64,000 bases of DNA from Vermamoeba vermiformis (Eukaryota), in NCBI GenBank assembly GCA_045837725.1, contig JBEWZL010000244.1, positions 124,001-188,000 of the forward strand. The letters are read 5' to 3'. The notes under the pieces were generated by a model. It was not told the origin of the DNA. It ran no database searches and saw only the letters and a list, made by a program, of their open reading frames with translations. Positions 11,701-24,605 of the stretch are shown in pieces. Position 1 is the first letter of the stretch. Every line of letters starts with the position of its first letter. Position numbers and translations under genes: made by a program.

Positions 11701-14700
11701 GCTGAACAATCATTAGGCTTGGTTATATCAGGACGTCGAGTACTTACGTATGATCTGTAGCAAGTTGCACTTTGCATGAAGTCACATTCATCTGGGATCG
11801 TGCAAGACGTGTCCAAACAACGAGGTTCCATTGCAGCAGGACACGAGTCCGAGCACGAGTACTCTTCAATGCCGTAAAGGTAGTGCTCGCTGTTGAGACC
11901 TGTTAGGACAGGTAACGCCATATAGGTGTCAAGCTTACCGATAGTCAATGCCCGTTGGACCAACACATGCATTGCTCATAGTGTAGCGTGTCACGAGTTG
12001 TTGTGTGAACACTGACTTTGTCACATTCTCTTTCAGTCCCCAGTTGTTGAACATGAACCGTGCAATGCCATCATCCATTCGAGACACCAAGCACTGTTGA
12101 CTGATGTTATTTTCGAGGAATAAAAATGCGCGTGTTTTGTCGCACTTACATCGATGAGTTCAGCATTGCCTTGTGCACATTGACCTGTTGTTCTGTTGCA
12201 CACTCCACTGAAGCACTCTGAGTCACTTGTGCACGTGATGCCTGCAAGTGTCTCGCCGAGAATACTGTACTGACACTCGTTGATGAATGACAAGAAGTTG
12301 TTGTACCTCTCAGTGTTTGCTTCTCTTCTGAATGTCGCTGTGCATCCTGTGTCCGGATCAACGATGCCGCGCTGAATTCTAATCAAATTATCGAACTGCT
12401 TTGTCGAGCACAAGGGTGTAGCACACGTGGATTTGATTGCACTTGCATCGGCGGTGTCAAGTAACAGAGTTGCAAAGCTCAATGAAGTTGATGAGCAGCA
12501 CTGATTAAGCAATAAACTAGAGGTCGTTAGTTAGTGTGTGCTCGTCAGATCTGCGATTTGTTACGTACTCTGGGTTGCAGCACGGATCTTTGGCATACTC
12601 TTCGGAGTTCTAATAGCGAGGTTAGATATAGCGATAAATCAACTATGAACTTACAGGATAGTGCAAACAGACTTGAATGTCATCGCGTGTCGTTGTGAAA
12701 TCAGTTGTTGTGCCGAGCCTTGCAATGTAATTGTTGCAGCCTTGCCAGTCCTCCACAAAAAAATTGAAATTCAACTGCATAAGCGTTAGCTTCGATAATA
12801 ATAATATCGTATAGTTCCGTATGGGAAATTTGATTCACTCAGTATGTCCCATATTGACACTTTCCAAATCTCCAAGTGAGATTGCAAATCGTAAATACAA
12901 CCGAATTGACATGACATTACCTCGTAATGCGCCTTCGTTAGTTCCAAATAATTGACGGACTGGGACATTGCGTTAATAATTTGCGCGCTTGATTCAACCA
13001 ATTCACTAAACGAGGAGGTGCAATCCAGATCCGCTTCCGTAAATGATAATTCATCCAGTATTGCCTAAGAAAGCGTGTTAATCACAGTAACACTATATGT
13101 CACTTATAGAGTACCTCGCCTTGACTGTTGGTGATTTGACCTGTCCAGATCACTTTACAGTTGTTCAGTTCTGATGTTTGAACGAACAAATCAAAGTTGT
13201 TTCCGTCTTTTTGCGACATCATTAGCGCAATGCTTAATTGATTGGCTTTATGAGTCTTATTATAATCTTGATCGTCCCTATTGAATTGAAATTAAATCGA
13301 TTAAATTTTCAACAAGCTCGGATCCCGTACCATAAAACATTTGCAAAGGCATTCAAGGCTGTATCAGCAGGATTCCAAGGCCACAAAGGATTTGGCGTTG
13401 TGATCGCCGATGTTGGATAGAACGGGAAACAGCAATAGAATTCTAAGTCCCTGTAGCATTCGAGGTACGAGGGAAACTCGCAGAAGAACTGTTCGACACC
13501 TGCGCCATCAGACGAGGTACACTCCAAGCGATACGAGTCTTGGAAGATCATTAGACATGTATATACGTCTAGCGTGATCGAGTTAATACTTACGTGCCAA
13601 GTGCGTGCCTGGTGAGTTCAATGCGAGTCCGCTCACGGGCCACAACACAAAGTCGTTTTCTGCGCGTCAAAATTGAGGGTTAGGGTTTGACTAATTAAAC
13701 GGACTGTGTAACACTTACGCGTCGTTGCAACAATGTCATATCCAACTGACACGTCATATGCAGTGACAGCCATGAAGAAGGTGAATGGTGGTGAGGAGGA
13801 GTGACAGTACTGGATCGATATCACATCGTCACCATCGTTGTTTGATACCCAGTCACGACGTGGATCCAACGGGTGTCCGTAGCCCAGAGGCTTGTTATCG
13901 ACTGACATGTACAGATCTGCATCGCCCTGCAGCGTGGAGTTCTTTTGAATGGACACTGCGAACTTGGTGCATTGAGTCTCGATTCTGAAGCCGTAATACT
14001 GGTACACTCCTGGCTCTGCATATCCATGCGTCGCTTGGCTGTCTTGCAGCCATTGAAAGCCCGCCGGATAATCTGCAAATAAAGTTAGGTTACCGCGATA
14101 CTTTTTCCAAATATAGTAATGTTTATACCTGCGGGGATATCAGGGGTTGGTGTTGCAGCAGGGCAGTCAGGATTTGCTGAAGTGATATAGCGAATGCGAT
14201 ATCGATTGTATTTGTTGTTAATATTGACTATGACGCCCATATAAAATCGACCAGATCCAAACTGCGGATTCGAATTGCACAATTTGAATATTCTTCTGCC
14301 AGTAATAGGTCTGTACCAGTCATAATCGGCTAGCGATGGTATTCTATAATAAAATTAGTCCAATTAATGCAATGCAACGAATGATTTAGCCGAATCAAAA
14401 ATACACTCGGAATTGCGTGTGAATCAGTGACATGTGTACTTAGACAATTTGGTATGAGACAATTTACACGACCTAAATATACATAGGCCATAATATTTTA
14501 AGCATATTTGAGTGCAAATATGAGGACGAAATGAATTAAAAATGGAATCAAAATTGTGTGAGTGGATCTTACCTCCCCGTAGCAACGACGATAGCGATAT
14601 GCCCATGTAATACCTCTAATTCAATAGTAACATGGCTGCATAACTGAGTTGAGTCGATATCGAAGTAATAATACTGGATCGCGTATTCCCCGATAAGTAC

Positions 14701-15168
14701 TCCCTGCAACATCGAGTTACAATAATTTCAAATAATTGCGAGCATATTATTAAATACCTCGCTCCATTGATCTCGACTCAATGCAGTGAAATTAAATGCA
14801 CTTTCATTGGGTGCATTGATTAATGTGTTTGTCGAACAAATACCGCATTGACAAGGGAAGTTATCCAGCACGAATAGGTCTTGGTCGAACTCTGCATTAA
14901 ATACTGCTGCTTTATATTCTACTCCTGTGATGGTTGCGGTCTTGATCTACAAAGCAGTTACTTTTTTGAATTTCAAAAATATTTTCGCAACGGATGCGGA
15001 TCTTACCTGGTAAGTAGCACTAGTAGCCTTAGGCGAATCTATATTACAAGAAATTAGTCGATGTTTTGTGAACAAAACGATTCGGATTTGATTACCTGAG
15101 CGTGCCACATCCCAAAGTGTTGCAATGATTAATAAAACAACAATGGCACTGCCATAGTATCGAACCAT
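8741..15168 (-). CDS. Giant Cys-rich ectodomain + TOM1/GPR137-like (THH1/DUF1084-like) 7TM receptor, copy 1
   Basis: Signal peptide MVRYYGSAIVVLLIIATLW; beta-sandwich repeats (YQYYGF...GDADLYMS); long Cys-rich region. The 7 TM segments include RGVYF and LFELPTFLFFTIYTIILYLW, resembling TOM1 LLDLPGLLFFSTYTLLVLFW. Ser/acidic tail. About 20 short introns. Confidence 0.75.
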
Positions 15169-16014
15169 TGTATGCTTATGTTGTGTTCATCACAGGATTT
15201 ATCGGCAATGAAAGCGGAATACCCGTCCAGTTCCGGAAATAACAAAACAAGTACCTGCCAAAATCGTCATCACAGATTTAAATAAAGATTTTTGAGCCTT
15301 TATCGGCCGATAAATTGTACCGCTGCATGCGTAAGGTACCCAATATGAAGTACTGCATCTTTTGAACACGACGTGATGTTCTAACGTTACAGTAGTTCCA
15401 GATCTGATCTCTTACCAGACACCCTCGAGAGTATCGTCCATATTGATACGGTCGTCGTAGCTAATGCTAGGAACCTTTCGAGTTAATACTAGAATGACTG
15501 ATTTCTAATTTTAGGAACGTGAAAATCGAAATTAAAGGCAAACCACAACGGTAAATTTCTCGGCTTTAATAATCGGAAATATAATTATTCAAGTTCTAGA
15601 ACGGGTGTCGTATTCATAAATTGCAAACTATTGATTGAAGAAGCAATTTAATTAATTATAACAATTTTTATTTTAGAAGCTCCGGAAAATGTAGCTAGAC
15701 TGTCAATAAGGATTGCTAACTTCATAATGATATTTTAAATTTAATTAAATTTGAATAATAGCTGACCTTTTCTCTTGATCAAACGCTATCATCCGATCCT
15801 CTTAGATCCACAAGGGCTAAGCTTGATTAAAATCCACTGCGCGTGTTAACGCGGACTTGCTCGTTAATATTCGGATATTGTAATCACAGAGTGTTTCCTA
15901 AATAACAGAATTTCGTAGCAGTCGAACCTTCTCCCCACGGAGAAACGCATAAATAGCCAAAAAAATCAGCGTCAGTATTATCAATCAACACTACTCTAAC
16001 ACAACTTATTAAAC

Positions 16015-17400
16015 ATGTCTGGAATTACCGTTGCTGTCACAGGTAAATAGCGAGCAAAAACAATGTGGACCACATCCACACTTCAATATTAATTTTTGTT
16101 TTTTCTAAATTGTTACTTTAACCATGCTTCGTTCATTAAATTGTTTCATTACTGGCGAGCAAAATTAACGAGATACTAATTTAATTTTTTAAGGTGGCAC
16201 TGGCTACATTGGATCTCGCATTGTCGCTGATTTGGTGAGCCGAGGCTACACTGTCAATGCTCTCGTGCGAAATAAAAATAAAGTTGAAGGTCTCAAGAAC
16301 CTTGGCGCTCATGTGCACATCTTCGAAGTTCCTGATCTTATCAACGTACGTCCAATTCAATAGCAATCCCTCTCCTTATTAAAAATACTAACTTTACTAT
16401 GCACCAGGGTGATTTGTCGTCTGCTTTCAATGGTGCTAAATACGTCATCCACGCTGCAGCTCCTGTGATTTTCAGTTCTACAGACCCAGAGAACGAAATT
16501 ATCAAGCCTGCCATTGGCTTGACTCAAAATGTATTGCAACATGCACTTAAGGCTGGTATTAAGGTAAGCTAGACTCGCGCGACAGATCGCATCTCTAAGT
16601 TACATAGATTGCTAATGCCTGTTATGCAGCGAGTTGTCATTACATCTACTATGGCCACTATGTGCGGCGATCAAAGAACTGCTAATCCCGATCACGTGTG
16701 GACTGACGATGATTGGAACGACAACCCTGGATCCGGCTATTCGAAGGCTAAAACTCTATCTGAACGAGGTAAGTTTGCTCATCTATGATATACTCGTACT
16801 ATAGATGAGACCTTGTGACTAATCCTTCAATACCAAGGTGCTTGGGATTTTGTCAAAGCACATCCAGAGCTCGAGATTGTGACCCTTCACCCTGCACTCG
16901 TGCTCGGTCCAGTGACGCTCGGTCAATCTCTCAGCACTGTCAGCGCAGTTGCCGACATTCTCAAGGGCACTTACAAAGAGAACGGCTATCCTCCTCGCTT
17001 GTCAGGCATTGTTGACGTGCGCGATGTGTCATTGGCTCACATTTTGGCCTTGGACCACCCTGCTGCCGCCAACCAACGATACATCTTAGCTTTACCCGTA
17101 AGTACCAGCCTTTTATCTTATCTCCTGAGACTTTCAAAGTCTTATTATGGAAGCGCAGCAAAACTGACCAATGTTTTTCAATAGGACCAATACTCGTACC
17201 TCGAGATCGCTCAGTCAATTAAAAATCAATTCCCTGAAGCAGATGTCGTGCTGAAAGAACAACAAACAACTAATCCGAGAAAGAATGGCACGAACAATCA
17301 GAAAATTCAAAAACAACTCGGTCTCAAATTCACTACATTTGAGGACACTATTCGAGACACTGTGTTGAGCCTCAAACAACACGGATTGGCTCACCTCTAA
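16015..17400 (+). CDS. NAD(P)-dependent extended SDR (dihydroflavonol reductase/aldehyde reductase-like)
   Basis: TVAVTGGTGYIG Rossmann motif, YVIHAAAP, RVVITST, catalytic YSKAK, VDVRDVSLAHILAL. Six exons. Confidence 0.9.
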
Positions 17401-17431
17401 ATTATTAATAAATAATGTTTTATTTTACAAT

Positions 17432-20400
17432 TTAGTTGTTTTCGCTATTTTCCTCTGGTGCTTGTGCATTGCTATCAGAATCGCTCGAATCGACAGGATA
17501 CATTTCTTCGCTCGGATAATCCGTTTGACCGTGCGAAATCTCACTATCTTCGCTCACATAGTCTTTGGGGTCTGCTCCAGGAGTACGCTGAGTTTGAATA
17601 GTGCCCGGTCTGGACCTCGGCGTGGTTTGCTTGTCAGGCTCAGACCTCGGAGAAATACTGCCCATAGGAAGATGTGTAACTGAGTCGGTGCTGTTCGATT
17701 TGGATCGCGAGTTGGCGTCAGTAGACGAGTTCTTGGCTGTTGTGAAGGGATGTTGCCAGTTGTACGGACGAAGATAGTAAAGCAGCGACAACGATGGAAG
17801 AACTTCAAAGAGAACAAAAATGATGATGGTCACTGGATTGCCTGTCACTGCTGCGTACAAGAACACAATCGTGCGACCAATGAACAGTGCTGTGCATGTC
17901 ACTGCAATGAAGGTGATCTGAAACATTGTTATTAATAACTTAACCTCACGACTCGTTCACTACTACTTACCAAGTTTCTTCGTTTGTCTTTTCTTCCAGA
18001 GGTGTTCACCATCTTCGCTTTTCTGAAGATCTGTGAGAGTGTCAGTTTCGATCGATATTTCTCGAAGCGAGTGTCACTTACAATGATGAACTGAATGCCT
18101 TGAATCATGAAGGCCAAGCTCACGCCAAAGCACACTGCTGCAATGAAGATCTGATACGACAAGATGATGTAGAACCGTGTCGAGTTGGCGTTTTCAGCTG
18201 AGCCGATCTTGCAGTCAGTTTGACTCTGAGGCAAGAACTGATTGAGCAGCACCAACAGCGCGAACACTGCGTACATGACTGCGTTCACGACAATGTACAC
18301 TGTTCTTATTCGTCGAACCCGAACTTGTGATTTGTGCTTAGATAAGACAGACTGTTTGATCAGCACTCCACTCCTGCATATCAAGTCACGTTAGAAAGGA
18401 CAAGAAGATGACTGATAATAGTATACAACGGCACGCACCATAAGTACAGAATGATGGTGTAGATGGTGAAGAACAAGAATGTTGGGAGTTCAAAGAGAAG
18501 ATACTGAACAATGTAGAAGTCTTTGAACGAGTTCACTGGCAGTGCAAAGTACACGCCTCGCACTGTAATTAAAGGATTAGATCGCGTTCGTCGTTCTCTG
18601 CTACACTATACTCACGAGTATTGAATGCAAGTACGATGCTGACGAAGACTATCTTTTGTTTGCCTCGGATAAGTGAGCGATAGTTGAGACCAACAAACAC
18701 CACTTGAAACACACCAAAGAGTACCACAACAAAGTACAGTGCCAGTCCGACCCATTTGAGAGTTGCTTGAAGTTCATCGTATGGCTGAACATTCTCCCAG
18801 TCATCGAGTCTTGCAATCACAAAGTACGTGCCGTTGTAAACACGTGCACACACCGTGTTTGCCTCAATCGAAACTTCACTATCAACCACGACTATAGTGT
18901 TGTCGGACCTGCCAAAGGTAAGTATACGTTGTATTTAGCGGGTAAGTGCTTACATCAGTTGACCAAATGCTGTTACATCGTAGCTAACGGCGCGTGATAC
19001 TTCGTCCCGAATGTCAATGCACAGCTCCAGCGGTGCCACGAGCAGATCAATGTCAATGGCCACTGTCACACCATCGGATATCAATTGACCGACAATGCCG
19101 CCAAGGTCATTGCGAACAACGGAATAATCATTTGGAACACTAACATGTGCTTAGTAACCGACAACATCCATTGATAGATGCCAAGATGTCAAAGTGTCAC
19201 TTACCGCTTGTTGTAGATCTCAGAAGACAACGCGACACCAGAGTCCGATGTGTAGAAACCAATTGAAGAAGATTCGAGTTGAATTGCATTGCAGAAGGAA
19301 TCAGTTGAAATGCTGTTAGAGAATACTGTCAACTTGGCAGGATGTGCCTTGGAGAACTGTTAATTTTGAACCTTTAAACTGAGGACCAAATAACTTACAG
19401 TGATCGACGAGCCAATATAAGGACACGCTCGCAGCACACCAATCAGTGTTGAGGTGTCAAGATCAGCATAACAGTTGCCAGTGTTGAGTGCTGAGTTGCA
19501 ATCGCACACAAGTGACTCGAGTGCTGTCACACTGCCTCCATAGCGACACACTGCTTCTGTCGTGTACGCTGTTGACAACTTGCTCACAATGGCTGAGCTC
19601 ACATCGTTTCTGAATGCAATGATGTCGAATGACTCGCCGTACTTGTTGACTGACACGTATTGACGGTTCATCCATACCAATGGACGGACGGAACCAAGTC
19701 GCCATTCACCCTTTGACCAAGTGAATGCATTCTTGAAATCTCCTCCGCAAGTGTCGCATTGTTGCTCATTTTTCCATGTGACATATTCATTCGTGTACAC
19801 GGTGTAGATCGATTGTGCACATATTTTGAAAGATGAACACGTTGCCTCATCTGTCGCCCACGTCCACCACTTGTAACCACCTGAAGTGCACGAAGAAGAA
19901 TTCAGATAAGCTGTCAGCACGCATCCAACTGGGCTGTCTAATTCATTGTCTTCACAAGAAGCCACGAAGTTGAGACCCGGAGTTTTAGGCCGCAAGCAAA
20001 CACCAGTAGCATTAGGATAACTTGCTAAATAGGCTGAAAAGACGTGGACATCCGAGCACTACAAGCGTTAAATAATGCTTTGTCAGGTGGCAACTACTTA
20101 CGGTGCCACTAGCCACGCAATCGCCTGACGTAGTGCAATCTGAGCCTCCGCACTTCGCGTTACAGACACCAGTAGAAGTACACTTTAAGAGCGTTATTAC
20201 AAATGTAAATAATAGTGCCATCCTTACCAAGTTGAGAGCAACTCCTTCAATGTCACAAATGCCTTGATTACACTGAGTCTCATCGAGACCAGCTACTTCA
20301 GTGCATGGAAGAGTTCCAGAGCTACAATCACCACAGAACTGAGGATCAACAAATGTCGTGCAGTTTGTTTGACACTCAGCTGAGGATAAGCCATTGCAAC

Positions 20401-23400
20401 TGAGCCAGTTGCATGTCTTGTCGTTCAAGCATTGAGAACTATCGCCCCTGATCAAGCGCTAAAGAAGCATTAGAGAATTGATCGCTAGTTATTCGAGACG
20501 GAGTCAAGCACTTACGTATGATCTGTAACAAGTACCACTTTGCAAGAAGTCACATTCAGCTGGGATTGTGCAAGACGTGTCCAAGCAGCGTGGCTCTAGA
20601 TCAACGGAACACTGGTCCGTGCACGTTAACTCTTCACGACCGTACAAATAGTGATCGCTGAACAACGTCAGAAATGACTCCAAGCAGCATAACAAACGTA
20701 CCGATAGTCAATGCCCGTTGGACCAACGCAAGCATTGCTCATTGTGTAGCGTGTCACGAGTTGTTGTGTGAACACTGACTTTGTCACATTCTCTTTCAGT
20801 CCCCAGTTGTTGAACATGAACCGTGCAATGCCATCATCCATTCGAGACACAAAGCACTGTTGACCGATGTTATTTTCGAGGAATAACAATGCTCGTATAT
20901 TGTGGCACTTACATCGATGAGTTCAGCATTGCCTTGTGCACATTGACCTGTTGTTCTGTTGCACACTCCACTGAAGCACTCTGAGTCACTTGTGCACGTG
21001 ATGCCTGCAAGTGTCTCACCGAGAATACTGTACTGACACTCGTTGATGAACGACAAGAAGTTGTTGTACCTCTCAGTGTTTGCTTCTCTTCTGAATGTCG
21101 CTGTGCATCCTGTGTCCGGATCAACGATGCCACGCTGAATACCGATCAGATTGTCGAACTGTCTAATGGAACAGGCAGGAGTGGCGCACGAGGCTTGAAT
21201 GGCAGACGTGCTTGCTACATCCAGCAACAGCGTTGCAAAGCTCAACGAACTTGTTGTGCAACATTGATCGACCAACAGTCTACGAAATATTAGCATGAGC
21301 ATGGCTCTTACAGAGTTTTGCAAGACTTACTCGGGATTGCAGCAGGGATCATTATTGTACGCGTCAGTGTTCTAAATGAACGACGTTAGTATTAGCTGAA
21401 GAGTTGCCTGATAGACATACCGGGTAATGCAAGCAAACTTGAAAGTTCTCTTGAACTACAGTGTAATCCTTCGTCGTACCCAAACGTGCGATGTAATCGT
21501 TACAGCCGTACCAGTCCTCGAGCAAAAATTTGAAATTAAGCTGTCAAGGGTGATTACTATTTAGCCCGATCGATGTAGGAATAGTTGACACGTACCTCGT
21601 AGTGTGCTTTTGTAAGTTCCAAGTAATCAACCGACTGCGACATTTTACTGACAGTTTCAGCACTCGATTCGACCAAGTCGGTGAACGACGAAGTGCAGTC
21701 CAATGTAGCAGGCTCGAACGTTAATTCTTCCGAAATAGCCTGTCGATGGTTAGTATACACATGTATACTTACAAATCGTTTATCATACCTCGCCTTGACT
21801 GTTGGTGATTTGACCTGTCCAGATCACTTTACAGTTGTTCAGTTCTGATGTCTGAACGAACAAATCAAAGTTGTTTCCGTCTTTTTGCGACATCATTAGC
21901 GCGATGCTTAAGCGATTGGATTGGTGCGTTTGATTAAAGTCTTGGTCGTCCCTATTGAATTGGTTAGATCCAATTTGATATGAGAATTAGACGTACCATA
22001 AAATTTGTTTAAATGCTTTCAACGAAGAGTCACCAGCATTCCACGGCCACAACGGATTCGGCGTTGTGATTGCCGACAATGGATACAATGGGAAGCAGCA
22101 ATAAAAACCAAAATCGCGGAGACAATCAGCGTATGAAGGAAATTCACAAAAGAATGTCTCGACAGCAGAGTTGTCCGACGAAGCGCACTCCAAACGATAC
22201 GAGTCTATGTCCGTTAATTAACTATCATACCACTTTAAGTCAGGAGACTTACGAGACAAATGGGTATTTGGCGAATTCAATGCCAAGCCACTCACGGGCC
22301 ACAACACAAAGTCATTTTCTGCGTGCATAACATTAGAAATGACCTGATAAATGACGAGTACTTACGCGTCGTTGCAACAATGTCGTAACCAACTGCCACA
22401 TCATACGCAGTGACAGCCATGAAGAAGGTGAATGGTGGGGAGGAGGAGTGACAGTACTGGATCGATATCACATCGTCACCATCGTTGTTTGATATCCAGT
22501 CACGACGCGAATCCAGTGGTTGACCATAACCAAGAGGCTTGTTATCGACTGACATAAATAGATCAGCGTCTCCTTGCAGCGTGGAGTTCTTTTGAATGGA
22601 CACTGCGAACTTGGTGCATTGAGTCTCGATTCTGAAGCCGTAATACTGGTACACTCCTGGCTCTGCATATCCATGCGTCGCTTGGCTGTCTTGCAGCCAT
22701 TGAAAACCCGCTGGATAATCTGCGTAAAATACGATTAATGTCGTGCTAACAAATCATGACAAATTCCTTTTACGGAATGTCTGTCATGTTACTGTCTAGT
22801 GGAGCACGTGTTGTGCCCTTACCTGAAGGAATTGCAGGAAGTGTTTGCGCAGGAGGGCAATCAGGATTAACCGAAGTGGTGTAGCGGATCTTGTAACGGT
22901 TGTACAAATTGTCGAAAACATTTACTAGAACTCCCATGTAGAATCTGCCTGCACCATATTGTGGATTTGAATTGCATAGTTTGAATATTCTACGTCCACT
23001 CACGGGCCGGTACCAATCATAATCCGCCAGCGAGGGAACTCTATGTTAAAATAATGGTATTTTTAGCAACATCTCGCAGAATAAACTTGCCGTTATATTA
23101 AGGCAAAAGCCATGCGAAAGAAATTTTTTTCAAATTTTCGCCGCCAGCGCGTTTCCAAATTAGCCTAATTTGAAGTTTACATACCTTCCCGTGGCGACAA
23201 TAATTCCAATGAACCCGTGCATTACCTCCAGCTCGATAGTTACATGACTACATAGCTGAGTTGAGTCAATATCAAAATAGTAATAGCGGATCGACCCTAA
23301 TCCGAGCAATACACCCTGTTGCAAAGAATAAGAAATGAAGATTTCGACATTGATGTCATTAAATTACCTCGCTCCATTGATCTTGACTCAATGCAGTAAA

Positions 23401-23802
23401 ATTAAATGCACTTTCATTGGGTGCATTGATTAACGTGTTTGTCGAACAAATACCGCATTGACAAGGGAAGTTATCCAGCACAAATAGGTCTTGGTCGAAC
23501 TCTGCGTTAAATACTGCTGCTTTATATTCTACTCCTGTGATGGTTGCGGTTTTGATCTGCGGATGTGACGGATGTGTACGTTAGAATAACTTCCTAAAAT
23601 TCAATTTTATGTTTTGCATCGAACGATTTAATACCTGATACGTCGAGGAGGTAGGTTTAGGAGGGTCTATAAAATATTAGCCAATTAATACTTAAGATTT
23701 TTAATTTTCTTTCGTAGGTCGCCGACCAATAGATGTACCTGTTTGTACGGCAGCTATTAAAGCTAATAGCGCAATCAATGTTACGCTACCACAATAATTC
23801 AT
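17432..23802 (-). CDS. Giant Cys-rich ectodomain + TOM1/GPR137-like 7TM receptor, copy 2 (tandem paralog)
   Basis: Collinear with 8741-15168. Many ORF fragments are near-identical (e.g. 18381-18563 vs 9728-9910; 22292-22654 vs 13633-14007). Signal peptide MNYCGSVTLIALLALIAAV. Confidence 0.75.
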
Positions 23803-24087
23803 ATTTTGGCTTTGTGGTATTCATTTACGGTTGGCGCTGATCTAATCAAAAAAAAAATATTAAACTTTTTGGACCGAGTTTTCCCGTGGTCCAAAGATGG
23901 ATAAACTCCTAAAATCGGCGAGATAGATGGCTTGTTCGTATCTTTAAATACTTTCTCTGGTACCCTACTTAAAGAGGTAGATCTGGTATTCCAAATCCCA
24001 CAAGCTCGATATCAGATCTGGATCACAATTTCCCTTTAGAAACCCACTAATCCCTAACCCCGCGTTCATTTTTTTATAATTTAGGAG

Positions 24088-24249
24088 GCGCAGACGTGCG
24101 CGAGCGCAACATCCGCACTAACAAAAATTGTGACAGGGACAACACCATACGGTGAAGCCCAACCGATGTCGCACTCCGAGTGCAAGAGGAGCGCAACGAC
24201 CGACCTAGAGATGCCTTCTTGATCACATCTCTACTGTCCAGGTAAGTAT
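24088..24249 (-). ncRNA. U1: U1 spliceosomal snRNA
   Basis: Minus strand begins ATACTTACCTGG (complement of the 5' splice site). Stem-loop I has loop GATCAAGAAG (U1-70K site) and stem-loop II has TTGCACT (U1A site). Sm site AATTTTTGT, terminal GC-rich hairpin, ~162 nt. Confidence 0.95.
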
Positions 24250-24605
24250 GAACTACTACGGTGTTCGAATTGCTATTTTCTGCAAGATCCGAGCAAAAAA
24301 TTTTGTGGGAGAGGTTGCACGTTGGGAAAATTATCATCAATCTACTTATTCTGAACGCCACACAACAAAAGAACAAGGCAAACACCCTTACAATAAATCC
24401 TATGATTCATAATCCAGCTCAATTATTTTTTTGCTTGGATTGAGTTTGCTTTACAATCGGCTGGAACTGCCCGTAGCCATTTACCGTGATTAAATTTTAT
24501 CCATTTTCTTTTAGATATTCGTCCGTAAATTGGAACAACATAATCGTTCATTTCTCTCGGCTCCGAAGTGATATTAATATATTAATTTAATTTTATCCAA
24601 TTGAA

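Noticed and set aside
18915-18925. ATACTTACCT (identical to the U1 5' end) inside an intron
   Set aside because: A 10-nt match with no other U1 structure.
22774-22780. Possible 7-nt micro-exon in receptor copy 2
   Set aside because: Including it shifts the frame; a single 103-nt intron (22720-22822) keeps the frame and matches copy 1.
24052-24061. CCCTAACCC telomere-like motif
   Set aside because: Only ~1.5 units with no array; expected by chance.
24074-24443. ORFs of 103 aa (-) and 60 aa (+), and the GGTAAGT 'splice donor' at 24241
   Set aside because: Explained by the U1 snRNA on the minus strand and its upstream region.
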